A stretch of DNA of 64,000 nt from an uncultured archaeon (GTDB taxonomy: Archaea > Thermoplasmatota > Thermoplasmata > Thermoplasmatales > Thermoplasmataceae): contig CP009479.1 of assembly GCA_000965745.1 (NCBI GenBank), forward strand, positions 2,048,001-2,112,000, given 5' to 3'. Below, piece by piece: positions 46,955 through 57,400 of the stretch. A program made the translations under genes and the position numbers. Numbering within the stretch: the first letter of the stretch is position 1; each line of letters starts with the position of its first letter. The notes beneath the pieces were generated by a model that worked only from the letters and a program-made list of their open reading frames with translations, searched no databases and was not told the origin of the DNA.

Positions 46955-47758
46955 TCACTGCAGAAAAGGCAGGCCTGTTTCCTGCCCCGTAACGGTCTGT
47001 GCAGTGAAAACAACCTTTGGCCTGAATTCAACTTCCAGGATGCCTGCTTTGCCGCCATGATACTTTGAGGAAAAAACTGTTACCAGCCTGTTCCTGAACA
47101 TGCTTTCTACACCCTCTGCCTTTACCTGGTGCCCCCTAACAAGAAGGTCGAGGTTATTTTCTTTCATGAACGAGGAAAATGCATCTTTGCCAAAGAGGTA
47201 TGTCCCCTCTCCCCTGACGCCCGGTTCAAATCCAGCTAAAATTTCAGAAGGATCATTCCACAGAATCTCGAAGGCACAAGGGTCCGATGGCACTTCATCA
47301 CCCATTGGAAGGCCATCCCAGTCATCAAGGGACATACAGTCCCGCGGAATGCCGCCATGTACGCCGAGTACCCTGTCGTTTACAAGGCAGGCGTAAGGCA
47401 GGACTCCGTATAGCTCTACTATTTCCTTGTACAGGATGTCATAAAGACCTAGTCTGACAAGTTCCTGTTTGAAGCCGTAGTAGCTGTTCATTGACGGGCT
47501 TTCGTGATTTCCCCTTATTATGATTATTTTGGTGCTGATTATGGAGGATTCCAGAAGAAACAGCAGGTTGAGAAGCTGATGCTCACCCCTGTCCACGATG
47601 TCCCCCAGGAAGCAAACCAGGTCTGACTCCACGCTTTTCATGACAGCATATGATGAGATGTCAAGTGCACCGTGAGTGTCACCTATGAATGTCGCAATCC
47701 CGTTCCCGATGTTCAGCCGCTTAACCGGGACCGACTCTCCCATTCTTCTGATATACAT
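46955..47758 (-). CDS. Ser/Thr protein phosphatase, PPP family
   Basis: GDTHG, GDIVDRG, RGNHE, HGG, LWNDP, RGHQ, TVFS. Confidence 0.92.
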   Translation of the reverse strand: MYIRRMGESVPVKRLNIGNGIATFIGDTHGALDISSYAVMKSVESDLVCFLGDIVDRGEHQLLNLLFLLESSIISTKIIIIRGNHESPSMNSYYGFKQELVRLGLYDILYKEIVELYGVLPYACLVNDRVLGVHGGIPRDCMSLDDWDGLPMGDEVPSDPCAFEILWNDPSEILAGFEPGVRGEGTYLFGKDAFSSFMKENNLDLLVRGHQVKAEGVESMFRNRLVTVFSSKYHGGKAGILEVEFRPKVVFTAQTVTGQETGLPFLQ

Positions 47759-47925
47759 TCGAATTGTATCAACCGCAAGCCCGGGAACTATCAGGTAAAT
47801 ATGGCACTCCCCCTGTCCCTGTGAATTTTCACAGGTTACGCTAAAAATATAAAGAACGATGCTTAAAACTATTATCCATATTCATTCAGGTGTTGCATAA
47901 ATTACACCTTCGGCCCGGGTGACGT

Positions 47926-48897
47926 ATGAAGAAGATAATAGTTCGTTTCAATGAAGGCACGATCGAGAAGATTAGGACTTACTCCTCTGAGTTTCAGGGA
48001 ATATCCTTCCTGGACGCAAGCATACGTGAAATGGTGCTGTATGTCAACGATTCCCAGCTGGATACCATTATGGACCAGCTTAACACCCTGCTGGATTTCA
48101 GGTACAAGGAAAACCTCATAGAAGTGGAGTCGCCTGATTTCATCGTATCCTCATACCTGGACAGAAGCTCTGAAAAGAGTGCAGGGTCAGAGAAGACCCC
48201 TGTAGAGAAGCTCATTGACCAGACGAAGAAATATACAATACTTGAGTATGGGAAGATTTCACTCACTTCGGTTGCAGCGCTCATCGCAATGATGGGGCTG
48301 TTCATGAACAATGACCCGATCATCATCGGGGCAATGCTCCTGTCACCCATGCTTGGCCCAATCTATGCGTTCGCAATCAACATCAGCATAGGGAAGATTG
48401 AGTCGGCACTCAGGGGTATAGCAATACTCCTGATCCTCCTTGCCGCGGCTGTTGGGATTGTATTCATGTTTACAGCCCTGGCGAAAGCAGTTTTCCCCCT
48501 GCCCATAACGACACAGATAGATCTGCGGCTGCACTTCAACTCCCTGTACGTCCCTCTCGGGATCCTGCTCGGTTTTGCCTCGATGCTTGCAATGGGAAGG
48601 GATATACCCGAGATTTTTGCCGGTGTTGCAATATCGGTTGCCCTTGTTCCACCGGCAGCAGTCGCCGGAATCATGCTGGCAATAGATCCGGCAAAGGCTT
48701 TCGTGCCTTTCCTTATTGTTGCACAGAACACGCTTGGAATGATGACCGGCTCGCTCCTCTCAATGATAATGCTGAGGATAGGACCAAGAAAATATTATGC
48801 GCAGGCCACAGCCAGGAAGTATTTGATACGCATACTGATAATAGTCCTGATCCTTCTTGTCATTACACTCATCGCAGACATTATTGTAAGTCTGTGA
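47926..48897 (+). CDS. TIGR00341/DUF389 family membrane protein
   Basis: IIGAMLLSPMLGP, GVAISVALVPPA. Confidence 0.9.
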   Translation: MKKIIVRFNEGTIEKIRTYSSEFQGISFLDASIREMVLYVNDSQLDTIMDQLNTLLDFRYKENLIEVESPDFIVSSYLDRSSEKSAGSEKTPVEKLIDQTKKYTILEYGKISLTSVAALIAMMGLFMNNDPIIIGAMLLSPMLGPIYAFAINISIGKIESALRGIAILLILLAAAVGIVFMFTALAKAVFPLPITTQIDLRLHFNSLYVPLGILLGFASMLAMGRDIPEIFAGVAISVALVPPAAVAGIMLAIDPAKAFVPFLIVAQNTLGMMTGSLLSMIMLRIGPRKYYAQATARKYLIRILIIVLILLVITLIADIIVSL

Positions 48898-48900
48898 CCC

Positions 48901-48910
48901 AAAAAAAAAA
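48901..48910 (-). terminator. Oligo(dT) terminator between convergent genes
   Basis: T10 on the minus strand 16 nt after the stop of 48926-49240. Confidence 0.6.
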
Positions 48911-48925
48911 GGAGGTGCGAAAATT

Positions 48926-49240
48926 TTACTCTGAACTTGAGGAAAATACCTCATGGATTGTTATTGTATTCTCACCTGCGAAGGCTTCCTTCGGCAGTGT
49001 CTCCCCACTGTGCGCCTTCTTGAATGAATCGCTTTCCATCCACTTCTGGAACTGTTCCATAGATTCCCAGTAGGTCATGACCACATAGCTGTCCCCTTTG
49101 ACAGGCCTCAGTACTTCGTTTTTCACAAACCCCGGAAAACTGTCTACCATGTGTGCCCTTTCCCTGAAAACCTTCTCGAACTTCTCCTTGTATTCCTCCT
49201 TGATGGGAATGTTGTTCTGCACTACAATCATGCCCGACAA
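48926..49240 (-). CDS. ABM-domain monooxygenase, IsdG-like
   Basis: N-terminal Asn, F..R...PGF, YWES..FQKWMESDSFKKAH. Confidence 0.85.
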   Translation of the reverse strand: MSGMIVVQNNIPIKEEYKEKFEKVFRERAHMVDSFPGFVKNEVLRPVKGDSYVVMTYWESMEQFQKWMESDSFKKAHSGETLPKEAFAGENTITIHEVFSSSSE

Positions 49241-49376
49241 TCAGGCCGACTGTTAATAACGTTTCTACATGGATATATCTATTCCAATTCTTCCCATAAA
49301 TGGGCTGCTGCCGATCAATGCAAGCAAAAAAAATGAGGGAAAAATTCGGGGCGGCATGCAGTTTCGCAACAGGTTG

Positions 49377-50258
49377 TTATGCATCAATGGCCAGCCCCGC
49401 TGAAAGCCTCTTCCCGGGAGGCGTAAACAGCCAAGTCAGAATCAGGCCGAAGACCAGGGAGTCTGCAAGAAGCTCAGCGATGTGGAAAGGGATGATCTGT
49501 ACCGGCAGTGGAGCCTCGATCATTGGAATCAGTGAGGCTGGTATGAAGAGCATCATGGAGGTTGCAATGAATACATACGGTTTAGATGTGCCAACAGCAA
49601 CTATGAGGGGTATCAGGGCCAGCGTGAAGATCAGGCCCCTCATGAGCTCTATCGGTATCATGACGGTGAAAGGCGGTATCTTGAGGCCAAGGGTTGGGTC
49701 CTGGTAATACTGGTAAACGAATGGGCTGACAGCCATTCCGAATGCAAAATAGACAATGAAAAACAGCGGTGATGCAGCTATGATCCTGATGATCCAGCTG
49801 TTCCTGCTGCGCCTGGAAATCATTTCCCTCGATCTTGCCCAGAGGCTCTCGTTGAATTCTGGATGCAGCAGTATGAAACCGGCAGCGGCGGCTACCAGGA
49901 AAGATATGAGTATTGACATGGCGATTGCCATTATGAACACGGAAGCAGACCCGAATACATCGGTGAAGAAATACCCTTCAATCATGTTGTTGAAGAATCT
50001 CACAACGAACATTGAGAGCCATATCAGCAGGAATACATGATATGGCCTCAACTTGAGGTAATACACAAGCCATACGAGAAATACGGCCAGGGTGAGGCCC
50101 ACTTCTGCATCTCTCTCAAGTGTTCCGATAGTGATGCCAGTAGTGATAGAAGTGTAGAAGAACTCAATGAGTATCATTGCCAGCGTGAATGACAGCAACC
50201 TGGGCCAGGAATAGAATCTCCCGTAACTAACCCCGGAGTTTGAATTTGATTCCTGCAT
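49377..50258 (-). CDS. Polytopic membrane protein of unknown function
   Basis: About 8 TM helices; IE-containing motifs in both halves. Confidence 0.75.
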   Translation of the reverse strand: MQESNSNSGVSYGRFYSWPRLLSFTLAMILIEFFYTSITTGITIGTLERDAEVGLTLAVFLVWLVYYLKLRPYHVFLLIWLSMFVVRFFNNMIEGYFFTDVFGSASVFIMAIAMSILISFLVAAAAGFILLHPEFNESLWARSREMISRRSRNSWIIRIIAASPLFFIVYFAFGMAVSPFVYQYYQDPTLGLKIPPFTVMIPIELMRGLIFTLALIPLIVAVGTSKPYVFIATSMMLFIPASLIPMIEAPLPVQIIPFHIAELLADSLVFGLILTWLFTPPGKRLSAGLAIDA

Positions 50259-50417
50259 AATTTATAACCAATTTTTTATCCTGCACGGTAACATTAAGCC
50301 GGAACCTTATCAGTTAGGACAAGGCAAACAAGCCAGTGCTTCATGAATGCTTTTTTCAAAGAGAGTGCTGAAACTCTCTTTCGGCACTGTAATAAGGAGA
50401 ACTGCAATGATGCAGGC

Positions 50418-51089
50418 ATGCTTACAATCATCATTGCTGATGCTGAACTGGAAACCATCCCTGAAAAGATGCAGGGTGATCATGCCATACGGAAGTACTC
50501 CAAGGAAAAGGGGAAGCCCGTAAATGAGGTCATACTCGACTCCAACTACATGCATACTTCCATTGACCGTTACTTTCCTGGAGAGTCGAGCCGGAGGGGA
50601 AGGCCGGACATCATCTACATACTGCTTCAGGTGGCAATGGAGTCAATCCTGAACAAGAACGGCATGTTGAGGATCTTCGTGCACACCAGAAACGACATCT
50701 GCATAACGGTCAATCCCAGGGTAAGGCTCCCAAAATCATACAACCGGTTCATAGGGCTTATGGAAAGCCTCTTCAAGAAGGGAGAGATATCAAGTGATGG
50801 AGAGGTCCTCCTGAAAGCTGATAAGATGGATGCCGGGAACTGTATTGAAAAGAACCGGAAAGGTGACCTTGTGATCCTCTCGCCGGATGGTGAAAAGGCG
50901 AAACTCTACCGGGTGATCTCCGGGGATAAAGACTACACAGTGATCATAGGAGGGTTCCCGGAAGGCGACTACGTGTCAGATGTATACCCGCTTGCCGGTG
51001 CATATTCAATATTCAGGGAAGAGCTGACCATATGGTCAGTGGCCTCAGAAGTGATATCACAATACGAGCGTGCCGTCGATCTGGTATGA
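50418..51089 (+). CDS. nep1: 16S rRNA pseudouridine N1-methyltransferase Nep1
   Basis: ILDSNYMH, RRGRPDI, SILNK, RLPKSYNRFIGLME, IGGFPEG; start at ATG 50418 inferred. Confidence 0.93.
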   Translation: MLTIIIADAELETIPEKMQGDHAIRKYSKEKGKPVNEVILDSNYMHTSIDRYFPGESSRRGRPDIIYILLQVAMESILNKNGMLRIFVHTRNDICITVNPRVRLPKSYNRFIGLMESLFKKGEISSDGEVLLKADKMDAGNCIEKNRKGDLVILSPDGEKAKLYRVISGDKDYTVIIGGFPEGDYVSDVYPLAGAYSIFREELTIWSVASEVISQYERAVDLV

Positions 51090-51209
51090 CTGAGCCCGGC
51101 GTGGCGAAAATATAGTTAAAATTATTTATTAAGTAACACTTCCTGTTCTAGAACTGGAACGTAAAGTGTTAACCCACATCAATTCCTGATAAAAAGGTGA
51201 ATATCAAAT

Positions 51210-51650
51210 ATGGCAAGAATGCACACGAGGAAAAAAGGGAAATCCGGCTCAAGAGCCCAATTCTCAACTGAGAACCATACCTGGGTGGAAATGAGCAATG
51301 ATGAGATAAAGGAGACTGTTGTCAAGCTCAAGAATGAGGGGCTTTCCAAATCCCTTATAGGGATAAGGCTCAGGGACCAGTACGGAATACCCAGCACCAA
51401 GGTCATGTTCAACCAGAAGCTTGGTGTCCTGCTTGGGTCAGAGGGTTTGGCTGAAAACATACCAGAAGACCTCAACAACCTGATATCCAGGTACCAGAGA
51501 GTCAAGAGGCACAATCAGCTCAACAGCAAAGATACCGCAAATGCCAGAAACGGTGCCCTCATCATGGCAAAGATCCTGAGGCTTGTAAGGTATTACAAGA
51601 GGAAGGGAGTGCTTCCGGCAGAGTGGAAACTTGGCAGAGTAATCAAATAG
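51210..51650 (+). CDS. rps15: 30S ribosomal protein uS15
   Basis: MARMHTRKKGKSGS, IGIRLRDQYGIP, IPEDL, RLVRYYK. Confidence 0.98.
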   Translation: MARMHTRKKGKSGSRAQFSTENHTWVEMSNDEIKETVVKLKNEGLSKSLIGIRLRDQYGIPSTKVMFNQKLGVLLGSEGLAENIPEDLNNLISRYQRVKRHNQLNSKDTANARNGALIMAKILRLVRYYKRKGVLPAEWKLGRVIK

Positions 51651-51652
51651 AA

Positions 51653-53011
51653 ATGCTCAGCGAAGTGGTTGACGAGAATTTTCAAGAGGCCCTCACAAGA
51701 GGGTCAAAACTTATTCTTTCGAACGATTATGTAAGAGTGCTGGCACATTATGACGGTGACGGCACGAGCGCTGCCATAATACTTGCAACTGCCCTTGAGA
51801 GAAAAGGAATAAAATACCATCTGGGATACATAAAAAGCCTTGACGGCGATAGCTTCAGGAAACGTCTGGAAGAAGAGAAAGATGTTTTCACGGTTATAGT
51901 GGACGCAGGATCGGATCAGGCCCAGTACATTTCAGATTTCGGGAATGTGGTAATCCTGGATCACCATTTCTACACAAAATCAACCGTCGCCTGCCTCAAC
52001 ATCAATGCACGCGACTATGGCGTTGATGGAACGAGGGAGGCTTGCGGTGCAACAATGGCTTACCTTATGGCGCTGGCCATCGATGAGGACAACAAAGACC
52101 TGCTGCCATTCTTTCTTTCGGGTGTTATAGCAGACAAGCAGGACATTGGCGGTCTTGAAGGCCTGAACAGGAAGATAATGGACGTTTACGGCAAGGGTGC
52201 AACCAGCACCAGGATGCTGAACTTCGAGGGCCAGAATCTTCTGGATTCGATAACATACTCAACAGACCCTTTCTTCCTGGATCTTTCCGGCTATCCCGAA
52301 AATGTCAGGAAATTCCTTTCTGACCTGGGCATAGACCCAGCAAAGAAATTCATTGACGTAACGGAAGACCAGAAACGTGAGCTCGCAGCAAACCTTGCGA
52401 TTAGGATGCTCTCACAGAAAGTGGGAACTGAGGCCCTGAAATACCTGGAGTCGGATATAGTCTCCTTCAAGGGCACAGAGTTCACGTCAAAAGAGATAAG
52501 CAGCATCGTCGACGGAAACAGCAAGATGGGCATGAATTCACTCTCTGTCCAGTATTTCCTTGGTGATGACTCTGTCAAGGAAGAGCTGATTTCAAACTGG
52601 AAAATATTCAAGACAAAACTCATAGACTACATCTATCGCGCACTCAAGGACACGTATAATGAAAGCAATGTCAGGTACTTCTATGCCCCCGAATCTGAAA
52701 TGGCGGGCTCAATAAGTGGGATAATGATGCTGTACCTTCTGGACCAGGAAAAGCCGCTAGTTGGATTCAGTGTCAATACCGAGAACACCAAGGTTTCGGG
52801 GAGGGGTACGCGAAAAATGGTTGCCAAAGGTCTGAACCTCTCCGTGATCATGAAGGAGTGCAGCCGCGAAGTAGGCGGAAACGGCGGAGGGCATGATATT
52901 GCAGCAGGTGCCGTTATTCCAAGAGGTTCTGAGAAGCAGTTTGTCACTCTGGTAAACAAAATGGTAGGCGAACAGCTAACTGGAACGAAAGTGCAAACAA
53001 AAAAGATATAA
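51653..53011 (+). CDS. RecJ-like DHH phosphoesterase/nuclease
   Basis: HYDGDG, VDAGS, ILDHH, GGGHDIAAG; follows rps15 as in many archaea. Confidence 0.92.
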   Translation: MLSEVVDENFQEALTRGSKLILSNDYVRVLAHYDGDGTSAAIILATALERKGIKYHLGYIKSLDGDSFRKRLEEEKDVFTVIVDAGSDQAQYISDFGNVVILDHHFYTKSTVACLNINARDYGVDGTREACGATMAYLMALAIDEDNKDLLPFFLSGVIADKQDIGGLEGLNRKIMDVYGKGATSTRMLNFEGQNLLDSITYSTDPFFLDLSGYPENVRKFLSDLGIDPAKKFIDVTEDQKRELAANLAIRMLSQKVGTEALKYLESDIVSFKGTEFTSKEISSIVDGNSKMGMNSLSVQYFLGDDSVKEELISNWKIFKTKLIDYIYRALKDTYNESNVRYFYAPESEMAGSISGIMMLYLLDQEKPLVGFSVNTENTKVSGRGTRKMVAKGLNLSVIMKECSREVGGNGGGHDIAAGAVIPRGSEKQFVTLVNKMVGEQLTGTKVQTKKI

Positions 53012-53034
53012 AGTAACAACTTATTTCAACTTGA

Positions 53035-53679
53035 ATGAGCCGTATAGGCATATTTACACTTGACTTCAAGTTCTACCACGATGTTATTAAAGACCTGAGA
53101 AGCTGGAATCTGCCTTTTACAAGCATTGAGTCACCCGACAATGTTCCCCGGGACGTTTCTGTTATTCTGAGTTCAGTGAATGATGAATATGACCTTCCTA
53201 ACCAGATAAAGGCCGAAAACCCGACAAGCGGAATAAGAATGGCTCTGCCGAGACTGATGAACAAGACCCAGTTCAAGAGCCTGGTCATAGGGATAGACCC
53301 CGGCCCAAAGCCGGGAATCGCAGTCCTTGCCGACGGAGTTCTCCTGGAAGCTTATGAATGCTCAAGCACGAGAAAGGTGAGAAAGGAAGTGCACGACATC
53401 TCCTCCGGATACTTTTACAGGGAGATCATGGTCAAGATTGGGGATGGGGACGCCCCCAACAGGAATGAGATCATAAAATCAATTGAGAAACTGGGTATAT
53501 CGATTCTTGTGGTTGACGAGAAGAACACGAGCACACCGCATAAGGTTCACGACAATGCCCTTTCTGCTGCCAGAATTGCCCAGTTGAACGGTGTATTTGA
53601 TGTAAAGTTCAATGAGAAATTCAGCAGAAAAACGGTTTATGAAAAAGAATTCACGACGCTTCTTAGCGTCATCAGGTAA
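53035..53679 (+). CDS. RNase H-fold (YqgF/RuvC-like) hypothetical protein
   Basis: IGIDPG..PGIAV, IGDG, VDEKNTS, LSAARIA. Confidence 0.7.
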   Translation: MSRIGIFTLDFKFYHDVIKDLRSWNLPFTSIESPDNVPRDVSVILSSVNDEYDLPNQIKAENPTSGIRMALPRLMNKTQFKSLVIGIDPGPKPGIAVLADGVLLEAYECSSTRKVRKEVHDISSGYFYREIMVKIGDGDAPNRNEIIKSIEKLGISILVVDEKNTSTPHKVHDNALSAARIAQLNGVFDVKFNEKFSRKTVYEKEFTTLLSVIR

Positions 53680-53692
53680 TTTTAAGATCCTG

Positions 53693-54475
53693 TTACTTTC
53701 TCCATTTGGGCCTTCTCTCGCCGACTCTGGGTCTTCTTCCGGCACCCATTGCCATGACAAACATGAATACTCCAACTACTGCGACTATGTAGTATATCCA
53801 GTTGTAGTTAGGCGGCTGGCCATAATAGAAATGAGTCGTTGCAGAATTGCCCCCTCCGTTTATTGAAAGCATTGTGTTGTTGACTTCGGCCTTCAATGTG
53901 TGGTCACCATTTGTAATGTAAGGTGCAAGCCAGGTATAGTTGACGATGACTGTCTGGCCGGGGCCTACCGCGGCTACGGTCTTGCTGGCAATATAGGTGT
54001 TGTCAACATAGAAGTTCACCGTGACATTATACATTGAAACAGTGTTCTTGTTGGTTATAGCTGCGTGAAGGTATATCGGCTGTATCACGTTCACCACATA
54101 TGTTGAACTGGACCTGTGTACCCCTGATGATGAAGATGCTGTTGTTTTTACAAGGAATGTCAACTGCTGGCTCTCCTGAGGTGCTTTTATCTTCACGCTG
54201 AAATCCGGGTTTGACACCGAGAAGTTGTGGTAGGTGTTTGTTGGAGAAAACCCGGTCATGTTCTCTCCCGAAAAGTAGACTGTAACAGTGTAGTTGCTGA
54301 ATCCGTATGTGTTATTCACGTACATTGTGAAGGTCTGGCCGCCGTATACGTAAAACGGGACGTTGACCTGGGTATTGTATACGCTATTGGAAGTTGGTGC
54401 AGCAGATGCCACTGCCGCGACTGATCCCGATGAAACCAATAATAGGATTAGTGAGAGTATTAGTGCCTTTTTCAT
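53693..54475 (-). CDS. Membrane-anchored surface protein with CARDB/Ig-like domain
   Basis: Signal peptide; NVTVNFYVD..PGQTVIVNYTW; C-terminal TM with basic tail; TAATG overlap with aglB. Confidence 0.85.
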   Translation of the reverse strand: MKKALILSLILLLVSSGSVAAVASAAPTSNSVYNTQVNVPFYVYGGQTFTMYVNNTYGFSNYTVTVYFSGENMTGFSPTNTYHNFSVSNPDFSVKIKAPQESQQLTFLVKTTASSSSGVHRSSSTYVVNVIQPIYLHAAITNKNTVSMYNVTVNFYVDNTYIASKTVAAVGPGQTVIVNYTWLAPYITNGDHTLKAEVNNTMLSINGGGNSATTHFYYGQPPNYNWIYYIVAVVGVFMFVMAMGAGRRPRVGERRPKWRK

Positions 54476-57400
54476 TATCTTTTACCCCTGTTCCTTGATC
54501 TGACTCCTGAAGCAATCAGGCCAGCGACTACTATCACCGCTATCATTATAAGGCCTATCTCAAGGCTTCCGAAAGGATTTCCGGTGTAATTGCTCATGAT
54601 TCCCTGCCCTTTTGGGTATGGAGATAGAGAGGATATTACAGGCACAGAAGAGGATACAGTTACCTTGTGATTTACAGCCGTCGAGTTGAAGTATGTGTCA
54701 AAGGATACTGCCTGGGCCTGGCCACTGCCTGTTGGCGTCATGACTACAAATACAGTAATACTTGTGTTGTAGGGTATTGTGACGCTGTTTCCCACCTGTG
54801 AGGCTGCATAGAAGGTAGCTTTCCAGTTATATTCCGAGAGTGTGGTAAGGGAACTCTGCGGGATGGAGAAATTTACCTTTATTGCCTCATTCCCTGTATT
54901 CTTCAATACAACTGGAACCCAGACCTTGGTGCCGTTGGGGATTGCCAGGCTAGCTGTCTGTGAAGCACTGAAACCAGATACGCCGACAACGTTCGCATTG
55001 ATGTACCCATTCGTTGTCTGGCCGTTGTATGAAAGCACCACAGGTATCCGGTTAAGTCCGGCAGGTGGGTTGTGCTGCCCTGTAACATTAACGGAGACAT
55101 TCATTATCTGGCCGGGTTGTATTTCCATAGAAGTTCTGTTGAAAACCATGGACCACTGCCCTGAACCGGATGAAAGTGTCACGTTTACTGCGCTGTTTCC
55201 GGAATTGAGTATGCTTACCCCGGCGTCGAACGTCCCGTTACCCCCGATATTTGGAGTCTGGGTTGTCTGGGTGATTACAAAGCTGTATACTTCTGATTTT
55301 TCAAGAGTTACAGTCACATAGCTGTTTTTGTGGATATAAGCAGTATAGTTGGTTCCGTAAGTCACCTGTATTGTCGTCCCATTGTATATGGCCTGAGATT
55401 CGGTCTGGCTCGCAGAGAAGGTGAAATTGCCAATCGGCAGCAGGAATGGTCCCGCAGTGGAATTCACCAGAAGCTTCTGGGAACCAATCGATATCGTGAC
55501 ATTTGTTTGAAGCAACTGTGTTTTCAGGTTTACAGACACATATGTCTTGTACCCGTTTTCCATGGAAATGTTGTATTCGTTATAACCAGAGAAGGGCTTG
55601 ACGGTCTCGCTTGCGAAATATGCCTGTGACGACTGGTTATTTATAGCGTAAACCGTGTAGGTTCCATGAGGCACGGTGATGTTGAAGTACCCTGTAGAGT
55701 TGGTTCTCGCTTGATCCGCAACTTTTCCTTCAGAGTTAAGCAGCATTACCAGAGTGTATGGGGAGGGTTGTCCGCCGAATGTGGCCTTTCCATAGATTCC
55801 CGTATAAGCTTCCGTGGAGGAAACACTCACGTTGAGATTCCTGTTTGCCGTAAGAGACAGTGAAGAACTGCCTGAAAGATAGTATGACCCCGTGCTGTTT
55901 GAATACATGTTCTTGTAATAAACCTGATAATCAGTTGCGGTAAGGATCCACGCCCCCTTTGTAAGATTTACCACCATATTTCCAGTCTTGACCAGGTAAT
56001 ATCCCCCACTGAGTGAAAGTGAGTTTGTCAGGTTGAGTTGGTAGCCCTGCTGGTAATTGAATGCAAGATCCCTGTTGCCGGTTATGTTGACCAGGTCCTG
56101 ATAGACTTTCGAACCATTTGTTGCATAAACAGTATACACTCCAAGAAGCACCCTGGAATTGTCAGCAACATGTTGCCCTGCTGAATTGAATAGCGAAATG
56201 CTCGCTGCCCCATTGACGGACACGGCGGCATACTGCTTGACCGGCGAAACGTATGTGTTTCCTGCGGTTGTCACAATGTACACTGGATTGGCAGGAGCCG
56301 CCTGCAACGTGGTTGAGGTGATCTTGCCGTAGTATATTCCGGGAACTATGTTCCCTGATGCATAATTGTTGCTGATAGTCAGGTTATAGTCACGCGTGCC
56401 GTAAAGCTGGAGGACTCCGTTGACAACCGGATTGCCAGGGGCAGTTGCAAAGGATATGTGCAATGGGCTGTTGTTCGGTGTGACCGGAAGATACAGGGAA
56501 CTCCCGGTGACACCGGACTGCGGCGCCGAATAGAATGGGGAAGCGTATGTTACATAGAACTGAGACGCATTGTTCTGCACGTAATCCAGCTGAGCGTAAC
56601 CCTGCTTTCCAACAGTCGTGTACATTACTGGTATATTGGACTGATAGAGTGTCAATATCCCGGTATCAACTGCTGACTGTGCATTATAGCCACCTGCTAC
56701 TGCCTTGTTGTATACGAACACCGAGGTATCCTGGTTTATGGCAAGGGTCAGATTAACTGTCTGGTTTGACGCAAGGTAAACGTGCCTGAACGCGGAGTAG
56801 GGATTCCCGAGATATGATGAAACACCCGCAATGCTATAGCTCTGTGCTGGAAGAGCCACAGTTGCTGTTACCTGCCTGGTGAAGTTGAACTGGAGCATTC
56901 CGTCGGAGCTCAAGACCTGGTAGAATCCCCGATACAGGTTTACGTTCTTCAACGTTGAGCCAATTGAAAGGTAGCTTGCTTTCTGCAGAGTCATGTTCTC
57001 CCAGATCTGCGAGGTAAGTGTGAAAGTACTTAAAGCAACCGAACCGCCTGATTGAACGTATTCAGTATAAGTGCCATACGGCAGCCTTTCACTGTAGAAT
57101 CCGTTGGCGGTTGTTTTTACCTCGTAGTACTGGCTGTAGATGCCGTTTTCCATGAACTTGACTGTTGTTCCAGCCGCAGCACCCTTGACCTGACCGTTCA
57201 CTGTGGCTGATACTTTTGGTGTAAGATTCAACGATGTGTTCATGCCCCAAGCATTGAACGTGATGTGAGAAAGGGCACTAACAGAATTGTTGTTGTATGC
57301 ATACAGTGTGTAATTTCCGGGTGTAACCCATAAAATTGCCTGTCCTGTGCTGTTTGTCACATTCTCTGTTACCATGCCCGATGATCCTTCGGCTTTGACC

